Below, piece by piece: positions 11,001 through 20,789 of a stretch of 64,000 nucleotides of DNA. Where the stretch lies: assembly GCA_964016885.1 (NCBI GenBank), contig OZ024749.1:124001-188000 (forward strand). Reading direction: 5' to 3'. Source of the stretch: Eledone cirrhosa. Lineage: Eukaryota. The position numbers and the translations under genes are program-made. Numbering within the stretch: position 1 is the first letter of the stretch; every line of letters begins with the position of its first letter. Below the pieces are notes generated by a model. That model saw only the letters and a list, made by a program, of their open reading frames with translations. It was not told where the DNA came from and ran no database searches.

Positions 11001-12433
11001 ACAAGCCATGTATAGGGGAGCAGTCAGCAAAGTTAGGATTGGCAATGAGTATAGCGAGGAATTTAGCGTACAGGTTGGGGTCCACCAGGGCTCTGTTCTT
11101 AGCCCTCTCCTGTTCATCATAGTCCTGCAGGCAATAACGGAGGAGTTTAAGACCGGATGCCCATGGGAACTCCTGTATGCTGATGACCTCGCACTCATAG
11201 CTGAATCTATGGTAGAACTAGAGAATAAATTCCAAACCTGGAAGCAGGGACTAGAGAGAAAGGGCCTCAAAGTCAACATGACAAAGACTAAGGTCCTTAT
11301 AAGTAGACGAGAAAACAGAACCCAGATCCCCTCAGGGAAATGGCCTTGCTCAGTATGTAGGAAAGGTGTAGGTAGGAACTCCATTCTTTGCCCCAAATGC
11401 AAACAATGGGTACACAAGAGATGTAGCGGGATCTCAGGAAGCTTAATTAAGAATGTAGGATTCACATGCAGCAGCTGTGCTGAAACAGCAAGCAAACAGC
11501 CACAGGAAACAAGTACCACCAATCTCTGGGAGGGCCCTGTAGAAACAGTAGACAGCTTCTGCTACCTAGGTGACCGAATTAGCAACGGAGGTGGGTGCTC
11601 AGAAAGTACAATAACTAGGGTAAGAACGGGATGGAAGAAGTTTAGGGAACTACTACCACTGCTAGCTGCAAAAGGCTTCTCCCTCAGAATGAAAGGCAGA
11701 CTGTATGATGCGTGTATCCGAACAGCGATGTTGCATGGTAGTGAGACCTGGGCGCTGAAGGTGGAAGACTTACGTAGATTAGAGAGAAACGAAGCCTGCA
11801 TGCTCCGATGGATGTGTAACAGTAATATACGTGAACGACAAAGCATAAATGAATTGAGAGAGAGACTGAGCATAAGAGGAATCAAATGCTGCGTGCAGGA
11901 GAGGCGGTTACGCTGGTATGGGCATGTGATGCGTATGAAGGATGACAGCTGCATAAAAAGGTGCAGAGCACTAGAAGTTGATGGAAACCGCGGAGTGGGG
12001 AGACCCAAGATGACTTGGGATGAGGTGATAAAAGCCGACCTTACCCAACTACACCTCTCAAAGTCAATGACACACGACCGTGACTTCTGGCGTCACGCAG
12101 TAATACAGGGTACCCGACCTCCCATGGGTACATGCTGAAGCATATAAACAATATGCCCCCCCCCCCCCCCCACCGCAAGGTGGTCGTGGAGGTGCCACGG
12201 CAAAAAAGCACCCAGCCCACACTGTAAAGTGGACGTGTAGGCGCCACGAAAAAGCACCCAGCACTCACTGTAAATGAGGTTGGTGTTAGGAAGGGCATCC
12301 AGCTGTAGAAATCAAGCCAGATCAGTTCCTGTATGAGCAAGGCATGGTCAGCCGACCAGACACTGCCCACAACAGGACAACCCGTCTAACCCATGCTAGC
12401 GTGGAAGAACGGACGTAAAACGGTGATGATGAT
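8041..12433 (+). mobile_element. Full-length RTE-clade element, copy 2, including upstream repeat-rich leader
   Basis: Departs from the flank at ATATTCCC|TGCTG (8043) and ends in (GAT)3 at ~12433. Near-identical to copy 1. Confidence 0.92.
9013..12138 (+). CDS. RTE APE + RT protein, copy 2 (1041 aa, intact)
   Basis: Differs from copy 1 by two visible substitutions (KQRPT>KQGPT, DGYRG>DGNRG). Confidence 0.96.
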   Translation: MNMNLRATKHPREAPTQRPSPTSVDKCPKLRVGTINVGSMKGRAGEIVEMLERKEVDVCCVQETRWRGGSARVLVGKSQCYKFFWVGNDDGMGGVGILLADKWVDKVISVYRVNARIIKLRLVLNKTITTIISAYAPQSGLPDELKDRFYESLIHTTALTDDKDFLIIAGDFNGHVGKHCDGFNRVHGGHGVGTRNEEGFRLLEFCDANDMSICNTNFKKPDNHLITYRSGEHSSQLDFILIRGRDRWTVVNTKAFPSEECTSQHSLVVSDLTVRTRRALKQGPTWRKKIWKLKVPSTSNRFKDILLNAYDSKEEQIETFNVEENWEFLKNNLLEATDEVCGWSKTSSRRRVTWWWNNKVDEAVKAKRQAWKEWKNGGSRVHYIETKREARRQVYLARREAEDRKFKHVLQREDQKQEVFKIARQCVRDSCDVIGEKCIRNDKGELALTSAEKKDAWKSHYDRLLNEENAWEEETLPHVDPIEGPAVQVSGSVVSKAIRDMKIGKATGPSGIAAEMLKASGSVGHTITTRIVNQVILEGAIPKDWCSSIIVNCYKGKGDALDRGNYRGIKLMDQVMKVTERVIAQLIRDRVNIDEMQFGFVPGKGTTDALFLVRQLQEKYLAKSKPLYLAFVDLEKAFDRVPRAVIWWALRKLGVDEWLVKAVQAMYRGAVSKVRIGNEYSEEFSVQVGVHQGSVLSPLLFIIVLQAITEEFKTGCPWELLYADDLALIAESMVELENKFQTWKQGLERKGLKVNMTKTKVLISRRENRTQIPSGKWPCSVCRKGVGRNSILCPKCKQWVHKRCSGISGSLIKNVGFTCSSCAETASKQPQETSTTNLWEGPVETVDSFCYLGDRISNGGGCSESTITRVRTGWKKFRELLPLLAAKGFSLRMKGRLYDACIRTAMLHGSETWALKVEDLRRLERNEACMLRWMCNSNIRERQSINELRERLSIRGIKCCVQERRLRWYGHVMRMKDDSCIKRCRALEVDGNRGVGRPKMTWDEVIKADLTQLHLSKSMTHDRDFWRHAVIQGTRPPMGTC

Positions 12434-12449
12434 ATATATATATATATAT

Positions 12450-14374
12450 ATCATCATCATCATCATCATCGTTTAACGTCCATATTCCACGCTTGCATGG
12501 GTTTGGACGGGAATTTTCCCACTTGAGGCAAGAGTGGTTGTCTTGCTCGCATAGGACTGTCTGGCGGGTTTTCTACAGCTGGATGCCCTTCCTAACACCA
12601 ACCGCATTTACAGTGTGGGACTGGGAGGTTTTTACCGTGTTACCTACACGGCCACATTACTGCGTGGACTGTGTTTTTTTTTTTTGTCGTGACACCTACA
12701 CGACCTCATTTGTTTCGGCCTGGATGTTGTGGCACCAACATAACTTTACATTGAAAGGGGCGGTGTGGATGGGGTGGGGGTGTATTTTGTTAGAGGTGCC
12801 TACTGACTGTAGTAGGTTTTACTTTGTATCTAGGTAAGGCGGGTCTTCTCTATTACTGAGTACCGCCAAAGATCTCGGTCCAGTGACATTGTCTTGGAGA
12901 GGTGTAAGTGTGTGAGGTCGGAATTTATCAAGTCGTCCCAGGTTTTTCTGGGTCTGCCTACTCCGTGGCTACCGTCTATCTTTATTGCCCTGCATTTTTT
13001 TTATACAGCTGTCGTCTTTCATCCGCATCACGTGGACCATACCAACGTAGTCTTCTCTCGAGTACACAACATCTGATCCCTCTTATTTCTAATTTTTCCC
13101 TTAGTTCGTTTATGCTTTGCCGTTCACATATATTACTATTACACATCCAGCGAAGCATGCAAGCTTCGTTCCTCTCTAGTCTGCGTATATCCTCTGCACA
13201 CAATGCCCAGGTCTCACTGTCATGCAACATTGCTGTTCATATGCAGGCATCATACAACCTGCCTTTCATTTTTAGGGAGAACCCTTTAGCGGCTAATAGT
13301 GGTATAAGCTCTCTGAACTTTTTCCATCCAGTTCTGACTCTAGCTACTGTACTTTCAGAGCACCCTCCCCCACTGCTGATTTTGTCACCCAGGTAACGGA
13401 AGCTGTCCACTATTTCTATAGAACCCTCTGCGCAATTGAAAGAGCTAGTATTTTGTGGGCACTTGCTGCTACTTATTGCACCAGAGCACCGGCCACATGT
13501 AAAATCTATGTTCTTAGTTAGCTTACCTGTGATCCCACTACATCTTTTATGAACCCATACTTTGCATTTGGGACATAAAATGGAGTTTCTACCTACGCCT
13601 TTCCTACACACTGAGCATGGCCATTTCCCGGAAGGGACCGGCGCCTTATTTTCTTTCCTACAAACTAGAACTTTAGTCTTAGCCAGGTTAATTTTAAGGC
13701 CTTCTGATTCTAGGCCTTGCTTCCATGTTTGGAATTTCTTCTCTAGCTCGGCCATTGATTCAGCTATGAGCGTTAGATCATCTGCGTATAGGAGTTCCCA
13801 TGGGCAGCCGGTCTTGAACTCCACTGTTATAGCCTGAAGGGCAATAATAAATAGTAGGGGGCTAAGGACGGAGCCCTGATGAACACCAACTTTTACGCTA
13901 AACTCTTCACTATATTCGTTGTTAATTCTAACCTTGCTGACTGTTTCTTTATACATGGCTCGTATAGCTCTCACAAGCCATTCCTCAACACCTAGTTTTC
14001 TAAGAGCCCACCAGATAATGGAACGGGGGACTCTGTCGAAGGCTTTCTCCAAGTCAACAAAAGCTAAGTATAGGGGTTTACTTTTAACTAGGTACTTCTC
14101 CTGTAGTTGTCGTACAATGAAAAGAGCGTCTGTGGTACTTTTACCTGACACAAACCCGAACTGCATTTCATCTAGATCAATTCTCTCTCTGATTAGTTGC
14201 GCTATTACTTTTTCCGTGACCTTCATGACCTGGTCGATTAATTTAATGCCTCTATAGTTACTCCTATCTAGGGCATCTCCTTTACCCTTGTAACAGTTAA
14301 TGATGATGCTGCTACGCCAGTCCTTCAGAACAACCCCATTCTGTATGACTTGGTTTACTATCCGGGTGACCATT
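12450..14374 (-). mobile_element. 5'-truncated older RTE (duplicate of 3976-5900)
   Basis: Same ORF fragments at 13237-14493 and 12982-13230. Confidence 0.93.
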
Positions 14375-15197
14375 ACGTGTATACATCTGAAAATGTATAT
14401 ATGTATGCAAAGATATAAGTAAACATACATGTATACATATAGATGGACAGTTATGCATATACAATAACTTATTTCTATACATACATATACCACAAGTAAG
14501 GCATGGTGCTGCCAACTAACCAGACCTCCCTCATAATGGACCAGCTAGATCCCAAAATACAGGCCTGCTTGCCAACACACAGTCCCAATAAGTGTAAGTT
14601 ACAGCGCAGCTATCTGGACAGACTTGTCTTAAGACTACACACTATCCCACTACATCTTTTGTATACTATATATATACTGTTTATATATATATATATACTA
14701 TATATATATATACTGTTTATATATATATATACTATATATATATATACTGTTTATATATATATACACACATATAATTGTGTATTCACACATTATCTTAGTA
14801 ATGAAATAATTAATAATTTTAGTAAATTGTTCAAAATTCTTCATTAACCCTTTTGGTAGAAACCCAGCCAAAATTAGTTCTCGTACTATGGAAATGGTTC
14901 CTATCTAAATTAAAGTCTTCCAACAAAATTCTATATAACAACCATATGGTAAGTTACTATGTTAGTAATTAACTAACAATTGTGATAAATAGCTCAAAAT
15001 TATTCATAATTAATTGAATTATAAGGTTCATAATTATAATAAAATCTTCAAATAGGCTACGAAACCGGTAAACCTGAAAGGTACACAACACACACACATT
15101 GCTATAGCGTTTCACCAGCCCCTTCCTTCCTGAATTATTACAGAGATGTGTGTGTATGTAATAATTATTTGTATAATGTGTGTCTATTTATGAATAT

Positions 15198-15937
15198 GTA
15201 TGAGTAGATGTGTGTGTGTGTATCACAGTAGATGTGTATGTAACACAGTAGATGTGTATATGTAACAGAGTAGATGTGTGTTTGCATGTAACTCAGTATA
15301 TGTGTATGTAACTCAGTAGATGTGTGTGTGTAACACGGTAGATGTGTGTGTGTAACACGGTAGATGTGTGTGTGTAACACGGTAGATGTGTGTGTGTAAC
15401 ACGGTAGATGTGTGTATGTAACAGTAGATGTGTATGTATGTAACACAGTAGATGTGTATGTATGTAACACAGTAGATGTGTGTATGTAACACAGTACATG
15501 TGTGTGTATGTAACTCAGTAGATGTGTGTATGTAACTCAGTAGATGTGTGTATGTAACACAGTAGATTGTGTGTATGTAACATAGAAGATGTGTGTAACA
15601 CAGTAGATGTGTGTGTATGTAACACAGTAGATCTGTGTGTATGTAACTCAGTAGATGTGTGTGTATGTAACACAGGTGTGTGTATGTAACACAGTAGATG
15701 TGTGTATGTAACATAGTAGATGTGTGTATGTAACACAGAAGATGTGTGTGTATGTAACACAGTAGATGTGTGTGTATGTAACTCAGTAGATGTGTGTGTA
15801 TGTAACACAGTAGATGTGTGTGTAACACAGTAGATGTGTATGTAACGCAGTAGATGTGTGTGTATACAACCCAGTTGATGTGTGTGTATGTAACACAGTA
15901 GATGTGTGTATGTAACATAGTATATGTGTATGTAACT
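15198..15937. repeat. ~22-bp minisatellite (second copy)
   Basis: Same unit as 6724-7465. Confidence 0.95.
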
Positions 15938-16515
15938 AAAGTGTAACGTACGTTACAAATGGACGACAAAATGATTTTAACTTGTTTTTTAACAATTGAT
16001 GGTGGAAAAGATTTTAAATTGTCTTAACTCAGACCATAAAGGGCCGCAACACATGGAGTCTGACACTCTTACCGGCTACATAGCCTGGGCGTCTATTTTA
16101 CCGCGACCGGCTACATAGCATCTTCCTAAAATCTTCCAACATAATTTTATACAAGAACCACATGTTAAGTTACTAATAAAATAATTAATAAATAAAAACA
16201 TTAGTAAGTCCTTCAAATGATATCTCAGTAATGAAATAATTAATAATTGTTATAAATACCTCAAAATTCCTCATTAATTAAACCTCATTAATTAATTAAG
16301 CCGCTGAAAAGTGCAACAGATGCCCTCTTCTTAGTGAGACAACTACAAAAGAGGTTCTTAGAGAAAAATAAGCCACTATACTTAGCTTTGGACATAGAGA
16401 AGGCTTTTGATAGAGAACTCTTATAAATGACAACATATATATATGTGTGTGTATATATATGTTTTTTTTAAAACTATATATTTATTACTCCCTTAAGCAG
16501 AAGAAATATATTCCC

Positions 16516-16795
16516 AGATATCGAAGATTACCACAATAACTAGGGAGCGGAAATCAATAGATGCTGGACATTGCTGCTGAGGGTAGGATGACCTGATGAG
16601 CTGGCTCCTGTGGTGGATACCTAAACATAGTAAGGACCCTAGTGGGATGACTGAGGTTCACCTACATACATCAGATGTCTCTGGATCTCCAGCTGGAGAT
16701 TAATGATCTCAGGAATGCCATGAAAAATCGTGACATCTAAAAAAGAAGAGTAGAATTGTTCTGGCCAATCCACCTGACCTAATAAACAATAATAA
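16516..16795 (+). pseudogene. 3'-terminal remnant of a different APE-type LINE (RTE/RTEX-like) with (TAA)n-like tail
   Basis: Manual translation AGHCC..DDLMSWLLWWIPKHSK..RFTYIHQ..DLRNAMKNRDI*KRRV resembles LINE C-termini, with stops. Repeated at ~20437, 26335, 32224, 40808, 50646, 57027, 62987. Confidence 0.7.
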
Positions 16796-16869
16796 TATTA
16801 ATATATATTGATGAAAATTAATTATGGTGAAATATCTTAGAAATCATTCTCAGAGGTTTTGTATTGTAA

Positions 16870-17014
16870 TCCACACTTGCTCCTTGTGGCTTCTGATGCA
16901 GACATCATGTCCGCCATCAGGTCCTTCCCAGCTAGCAGCTGCGGAGATGTTGATGGTCTCTGACCAGGCCTCCTCAAGGAGTTGATATCTCCCCTCTCCG
17001 CTGAGGCCGGGCGC
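16870..17014 (+). pseudogene. 5' stub of the CRE-like element; the rest is deleted
   Basis: Matches 20790-20936, then jumps to sequence matching ~22962. Confidence 0.85.
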
Positions 17015-17489
17015 CACTTTATATTATTTGTCATTAAGGTTTCTTAAAATAAATATATATACGTATGTGTAGTAATTAGTACGGAGACTGAGAGAGAAGG
17101 GGCGAGTGTGTCTTCATGGAGGGCACATGGGACCAGCAAAGCCCTAAAAGTAGAGACCAGTAAATGAGATAAGGTCCTAGCTATGTTAAGAATATAAATA
17201 AGAAACATGTTCTATACATTTAAGAAGACAAGAGAAACATGTTCTAAACATTTAAGAAATAATTATTTACCTCTTTCATGTCGGTAATATAGCGGTGTTA
17301 TAAAACTAATTATAACGACCGGTGTTAAAATAGAGAGAGATAGACAGATAAATGTGTGTCACACTCTCACCCTCTCTTTAAATCTTTTACACTATCTAAC
17401 TCGTACTTCTCACACTCTCTTTAAATCTTTTACTCTATCTACCTCTCATTTCTATCTGTGTATGTATGTATGTATCTGTCTATGTGTAA

Positions 17490-17540
17490 CTCGGTGTACT
17501 GGAGCAATATTAAGTGAAGTGTCTTGCTCAAGAAGACATT
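17490..17540 (-). mobile_element. Short inverted SINE core fragment
   Basis: Reverse complement reads CTTGAGCAAGACACTTCACTTAATATTGCTCCAGT, matching the SINE core at ~19880-19912. Recurs in each unit. Confidence 0.7.
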
Positions 17541-17837
17541 TTGTGGAGTTATATCATCGTTTCTTGTTATAAAGCTACTTATACTACCGGCGTAACAGTG
17601 GCTATAGGTGATAGATGTAGAAATAAAAGGCTGTAACAGCGATATAAATATAGATGAAATAGTTTACCACGAGACTAAGAATGAATGTTTAATGGAATTA
17701 AGTGTAATCTAATAGGAAATAAGAGGCTAGAGCAGCGAAATGTTTACGTAAAATAAAAGAACAAACAAGAGTGCAACATTGAAATTTTTTTTTTTTTTGT
17801 CGATATAAGCGTTATTTTATGCGCGATTTGCCTTGCT

Positions 17838-17950
17838 GCCGGCGTTGATCAGTCAGTAGCAGCCCCGCTTACGAACTTCAGGAGCCAACGACTTTACATG
17901 GTTCGAATCTCACCCTCTCCGCTCTTGTCGAGTTATCTCCTACTCTTTTT
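17838..17950 (+). other. tRNA-like Pol III-type head (A box, B box, T5 tract); not a canonical tRNA
   Basis: GCCGGCGTTG(A/C)TCAGTCAGTAG ... GGTTCGAATC (17900) ... TTTTT (17946). Acceptor and T stems do not pair. Copies at ~23788, 29664, 35550, 44180, 53993, 60352. Confidence 0.5.
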
Positions 17951-17996
17951 ACTTAGTTCCAGGTCATTAAAATAGAGCAAAGAGGGCGCGGCGATC

Positions 17997-18173
17997 GGCA
18001 TATGCACTGGCTACAATGTTGAACTTTGGTACTGACTGCGTAGTTGAACGTTCCACATACCAACCGCCCAACTGGCCAGTCAACCGCATATGCGGCTGGC
18101 TGGCCGGTTGGGTAGTTGGCATATGTACTGGCTACCATGCTGAACATTGTACTGACTGTCAAGTTGAACGTTC
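17997..18173. repeat. 60-bp imperfect palindrome (18060-18119) between two ~57-bp direct repeats
   Basis: CCAACCGCCCAACTGGCCAGTCAACCGCAT|ATGCGGCTGGCTGGCCGGTTGGGTAGTTGG. Direct repeats GGCATATG..GTTGAACGTTC at 17997 and 18118. Confidence 0.9.
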
Positions 18174-18721
18174 TAACCCTCTCTTTACATCTATTACTCT
18201 ATCTACCGCTTATTTCTCCCCCTCTCTTTACTTCTATAACTCTATCTCCCACTCTCTTTACATCTATTACAGTGTCTCCCTGTATATATACACGTATATA
18301 TGCACTAGATTTTATAAGAAATCTACGTAATAATATAATTAACAATAGTTGATGAATTAGACCAGAGTTAATTAAACAATAAATATGAATGAAATAGCAG
18401 TAGATGGCGAAAATTGAGTGTTGTGTGTGCATACATATATATGAGGTAAACTGGTTCAAATACTGTCAGGATTATATTGGATCAAAGACTGTATTAAATA
18501 GAAAGTAAAAAAATGAAGTGAAAATATAAAAACAAACTGAAAATTTCCCCATCCCTAGAAAAATTCATATCTTGTTATATATAGATAATTGGCGCTTTAA
18601 ATTGAATAAATATTCATTTATATATATATATATATGTATATATATATGTACACTGATATATATGTGTGTATATATATATGTGTATATATATACTAATATA
18701 TATATATATATATATATATAT

Positions 18722-19284
18722 CAATATCAACTTCATCATACGTCCGCTTTTCCATGCTTGCAAGGGTGGGGTGGGAGCTGATTCTGGATTGGTTTCTACA
18801 GCTGGGTGCCCTTCCTGACGCCAACCCCGTTTGCAGTGAGTGCTGGGTGCTTTTTTTTTTCCGTGGCACCTCCACGTCAGCTTTACAGTGTGGGCTGGGT
18901 GCTTTTTTGCCGCGGCGCCTCCACGACCACTTTGCGGTGGGGCGGTGAGGCGGTGGGGTGGTATGTGTATACCCAGCCCATTGTCATTTGCCACACAGAA
19001 AAGCTTATAGCATCGTTCTTTACCCACGATGAATCTAGCAGACCCACCCCTCCACCTGGTCTCTTGAATACAACAAACATCGACCTCCTTACGTTCAAGC
19101 ATTTCTACAACCTCGTTAGAGCCACCCTATAAGGTGCCTACATTAATGGTACCAACTCTGAAGTTTTGGATTGCGTTTGGAGGTTGGGAGCGGTGGGGAG
19201 CGGGGATGGGGTTAGGGTTAGCCATCCGCGGCCGAAACAAAGAGGAGGAGCCCTTGCATTCTCGTCCATGAGGTGGATTTGTCT
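18722..19284 (-). mobile_element. Short internally deleted RTE derivative (5' APE start fused to 3' UTR)
   Basis: [38 protein letters not shown] is followed directly by the RTE 3' UTR and GGACGTATGATGAAGTTGAT tail. Copies at ~24645, 30530, 36428, 45072 (truncated), 55267, 61262. Confidence 0.88.
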
Positions 19285-19285
19285 T

Positions 19286-19790
19286 TATGTATGTATATGT
19301 ATATATGTATGTATGTGTGTGTATGTATGTATATGTATATATGAGTGTATATGTGTATATGTATGTATATGTATGTGTATATATGTGTATATGTATGTGT
19401 TTGTATATATGTGTGTGTATGTATATATGTGTGTGTATGTATATATATATATGTATGTATGTGTATATGTATGTATATGTATGTATGTGTATATGTATAT
19501 ATGTATGTATATGTGTGTATGTATGTATATATGTATGTATGTGTATATATGTATGTATGTATATGTATATATACGTGTGTATATGTATATATACTTATGT
19601 GTATATGCTTATGTATGTGTATGTATGTATATTTATATTATGTATATATATATATCTATGTATGTGTATGTATGTATATATATGTATGTATATGTGTATG
19701 TATGTGTATGTATGTATGTATGTGTATATATGTATGTATGTATATATATATATGTATGTATATGTATATGTATGTGTATGTATATGTATA
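19286..19790. repeat. Compound (TA)/(TG)/(TATG) microsatellite
   Basis: Directly visible and length-variable. Copies at ~25200, 31080, 36980, 55830, 61815. Confidence 0.95.
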
Positions 19791-19791
19791 T

Positions 19792-20144
19792 GGAGGCACA
19801 TGGCTTAGTGGTTCGAGCATTGGCCTGGCAATCGAAAGGTTGTGAGTTCAATTCTCAGACCGGGTGATGTGTTGTTTCCTTGAGCAAGACACTTTATTTC
19901 ACATTGCTCCAGTTTACTCAGCTGTAGAAATGAGATGATAGGGACTGGGGTCCATATCATTCCACTGCAAAGTGGTCGTGGAGGTGCCACGGCAAAAAAG
20001 CACTCAGCACTCACTGTAAATGAGGTTGGTGTTAGGAAGGGCATCCAGCTGTAGAAATCAAGCCAGAATCAGTTCCCGTCCCACCCTTACAAGCAGGGAA
20101 AAAGCGGACTTAAAACGAAATGATGATGATGATGATGATGATGA
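19792..20144 (+). mobile_element. tRNA-derived SINE with CORE-like body and RTE-derived 3' tail
   Basis: A box TGGCTTAGTGG, B box GAGTTCAATTC, core CCTTGAGCAAGACACTTTA. The tail from ~19962 matches the RTE 3' UTR (3700-3850) and ends in (GAT)n. Confidence 0.9.
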
Positions 20145-20789
20145 TGTATGTATGTATGTGTATATGTATGTATGTATGTATGTATATGTATGTATGTGTA
20201 TGAGATGCAGTTTGGTTTTGTGCCACTGAAAAGTGCAACAGATGCCCTCTTCTTAGTGAGACAACTACAAAAGAGGTTCTTAGAGAAAAATAAGCCACTA
20301 TACTTAGCTTTGGACATAGAGAAGGCTTTTGATAGAGAACTCTTATAAATGACAACATATATATATGTGTGTGTATATATATGTTTTTTTTAAAACTATA
20401 TATTTATTACTCCCTTAAGCAGAAGAAATATATTCCCAGATATCGAAGATTACCACAATAACTAGGGAGCGGAAATCAATAGATGCTGGACATTGCTGCT
20501 GAGGGTAGGATGACCTGATGAGCTGGCTCCTGTGGTGGATACCTAAACATAGTAAGAGCCAAGTGGGATGACTGAGGTTCACCTACATACATCAGATGTC
20601 TCTGGATCTCCAGCTGGAGATTAATGATCTCAGGAATGCCATGAAAAATCGTGACATCTAAAAAAGAAGAGTAGAATTGTTCTGGCCAATCCACCTGACC
20701 TAATAAACAATAATAATATTAATATATATTGATGAAAATTAATTATGGTGAAATATCTTAGAAATCATTCTCAGAGGTTTTGTATTGTA

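Larger units (their letters stand above)
1..16515. repeat. Tandem duplication, 8470-bp period (two units; the first is cut by the window edge)
   Basis: Sequence at 1 recurs at 8471 and ORFs recur at +8470 to +8474. Copies differ by a few SNPs, poly-C length and minisatellite details. Confidence 0.97.

Noticed and set aside
16545-16625. Hammerhead ribozyme (CTGATGAG with a nearby GAAA)
   Set aside because: Could not build stems I-III around a proper core; the sequence is explained as LINE coding remnant (DLMS).
17200-17260. p53-like half-sites AAACATGTTC twice
   Set aside because: Product of a ~31-bp local duplication that is absent in the 59.7-kb unit; spacing is non-canonical.
17838-17925. 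Functional tRNA gene
   Set aside because: Acceptor and T stems do not pair and there is no clear anticodon arm.
19208-19222. Telomeric repeat GGGTTAGGGTTAG
   Set aside because: Only two units, lying inside the RTE-derived sequence.
19166-19867. Met/Tyr/Val/Cys-rich ORFs in every unit
   Set aside because: Stop-free (TA/TG) microsatellite artefacts.
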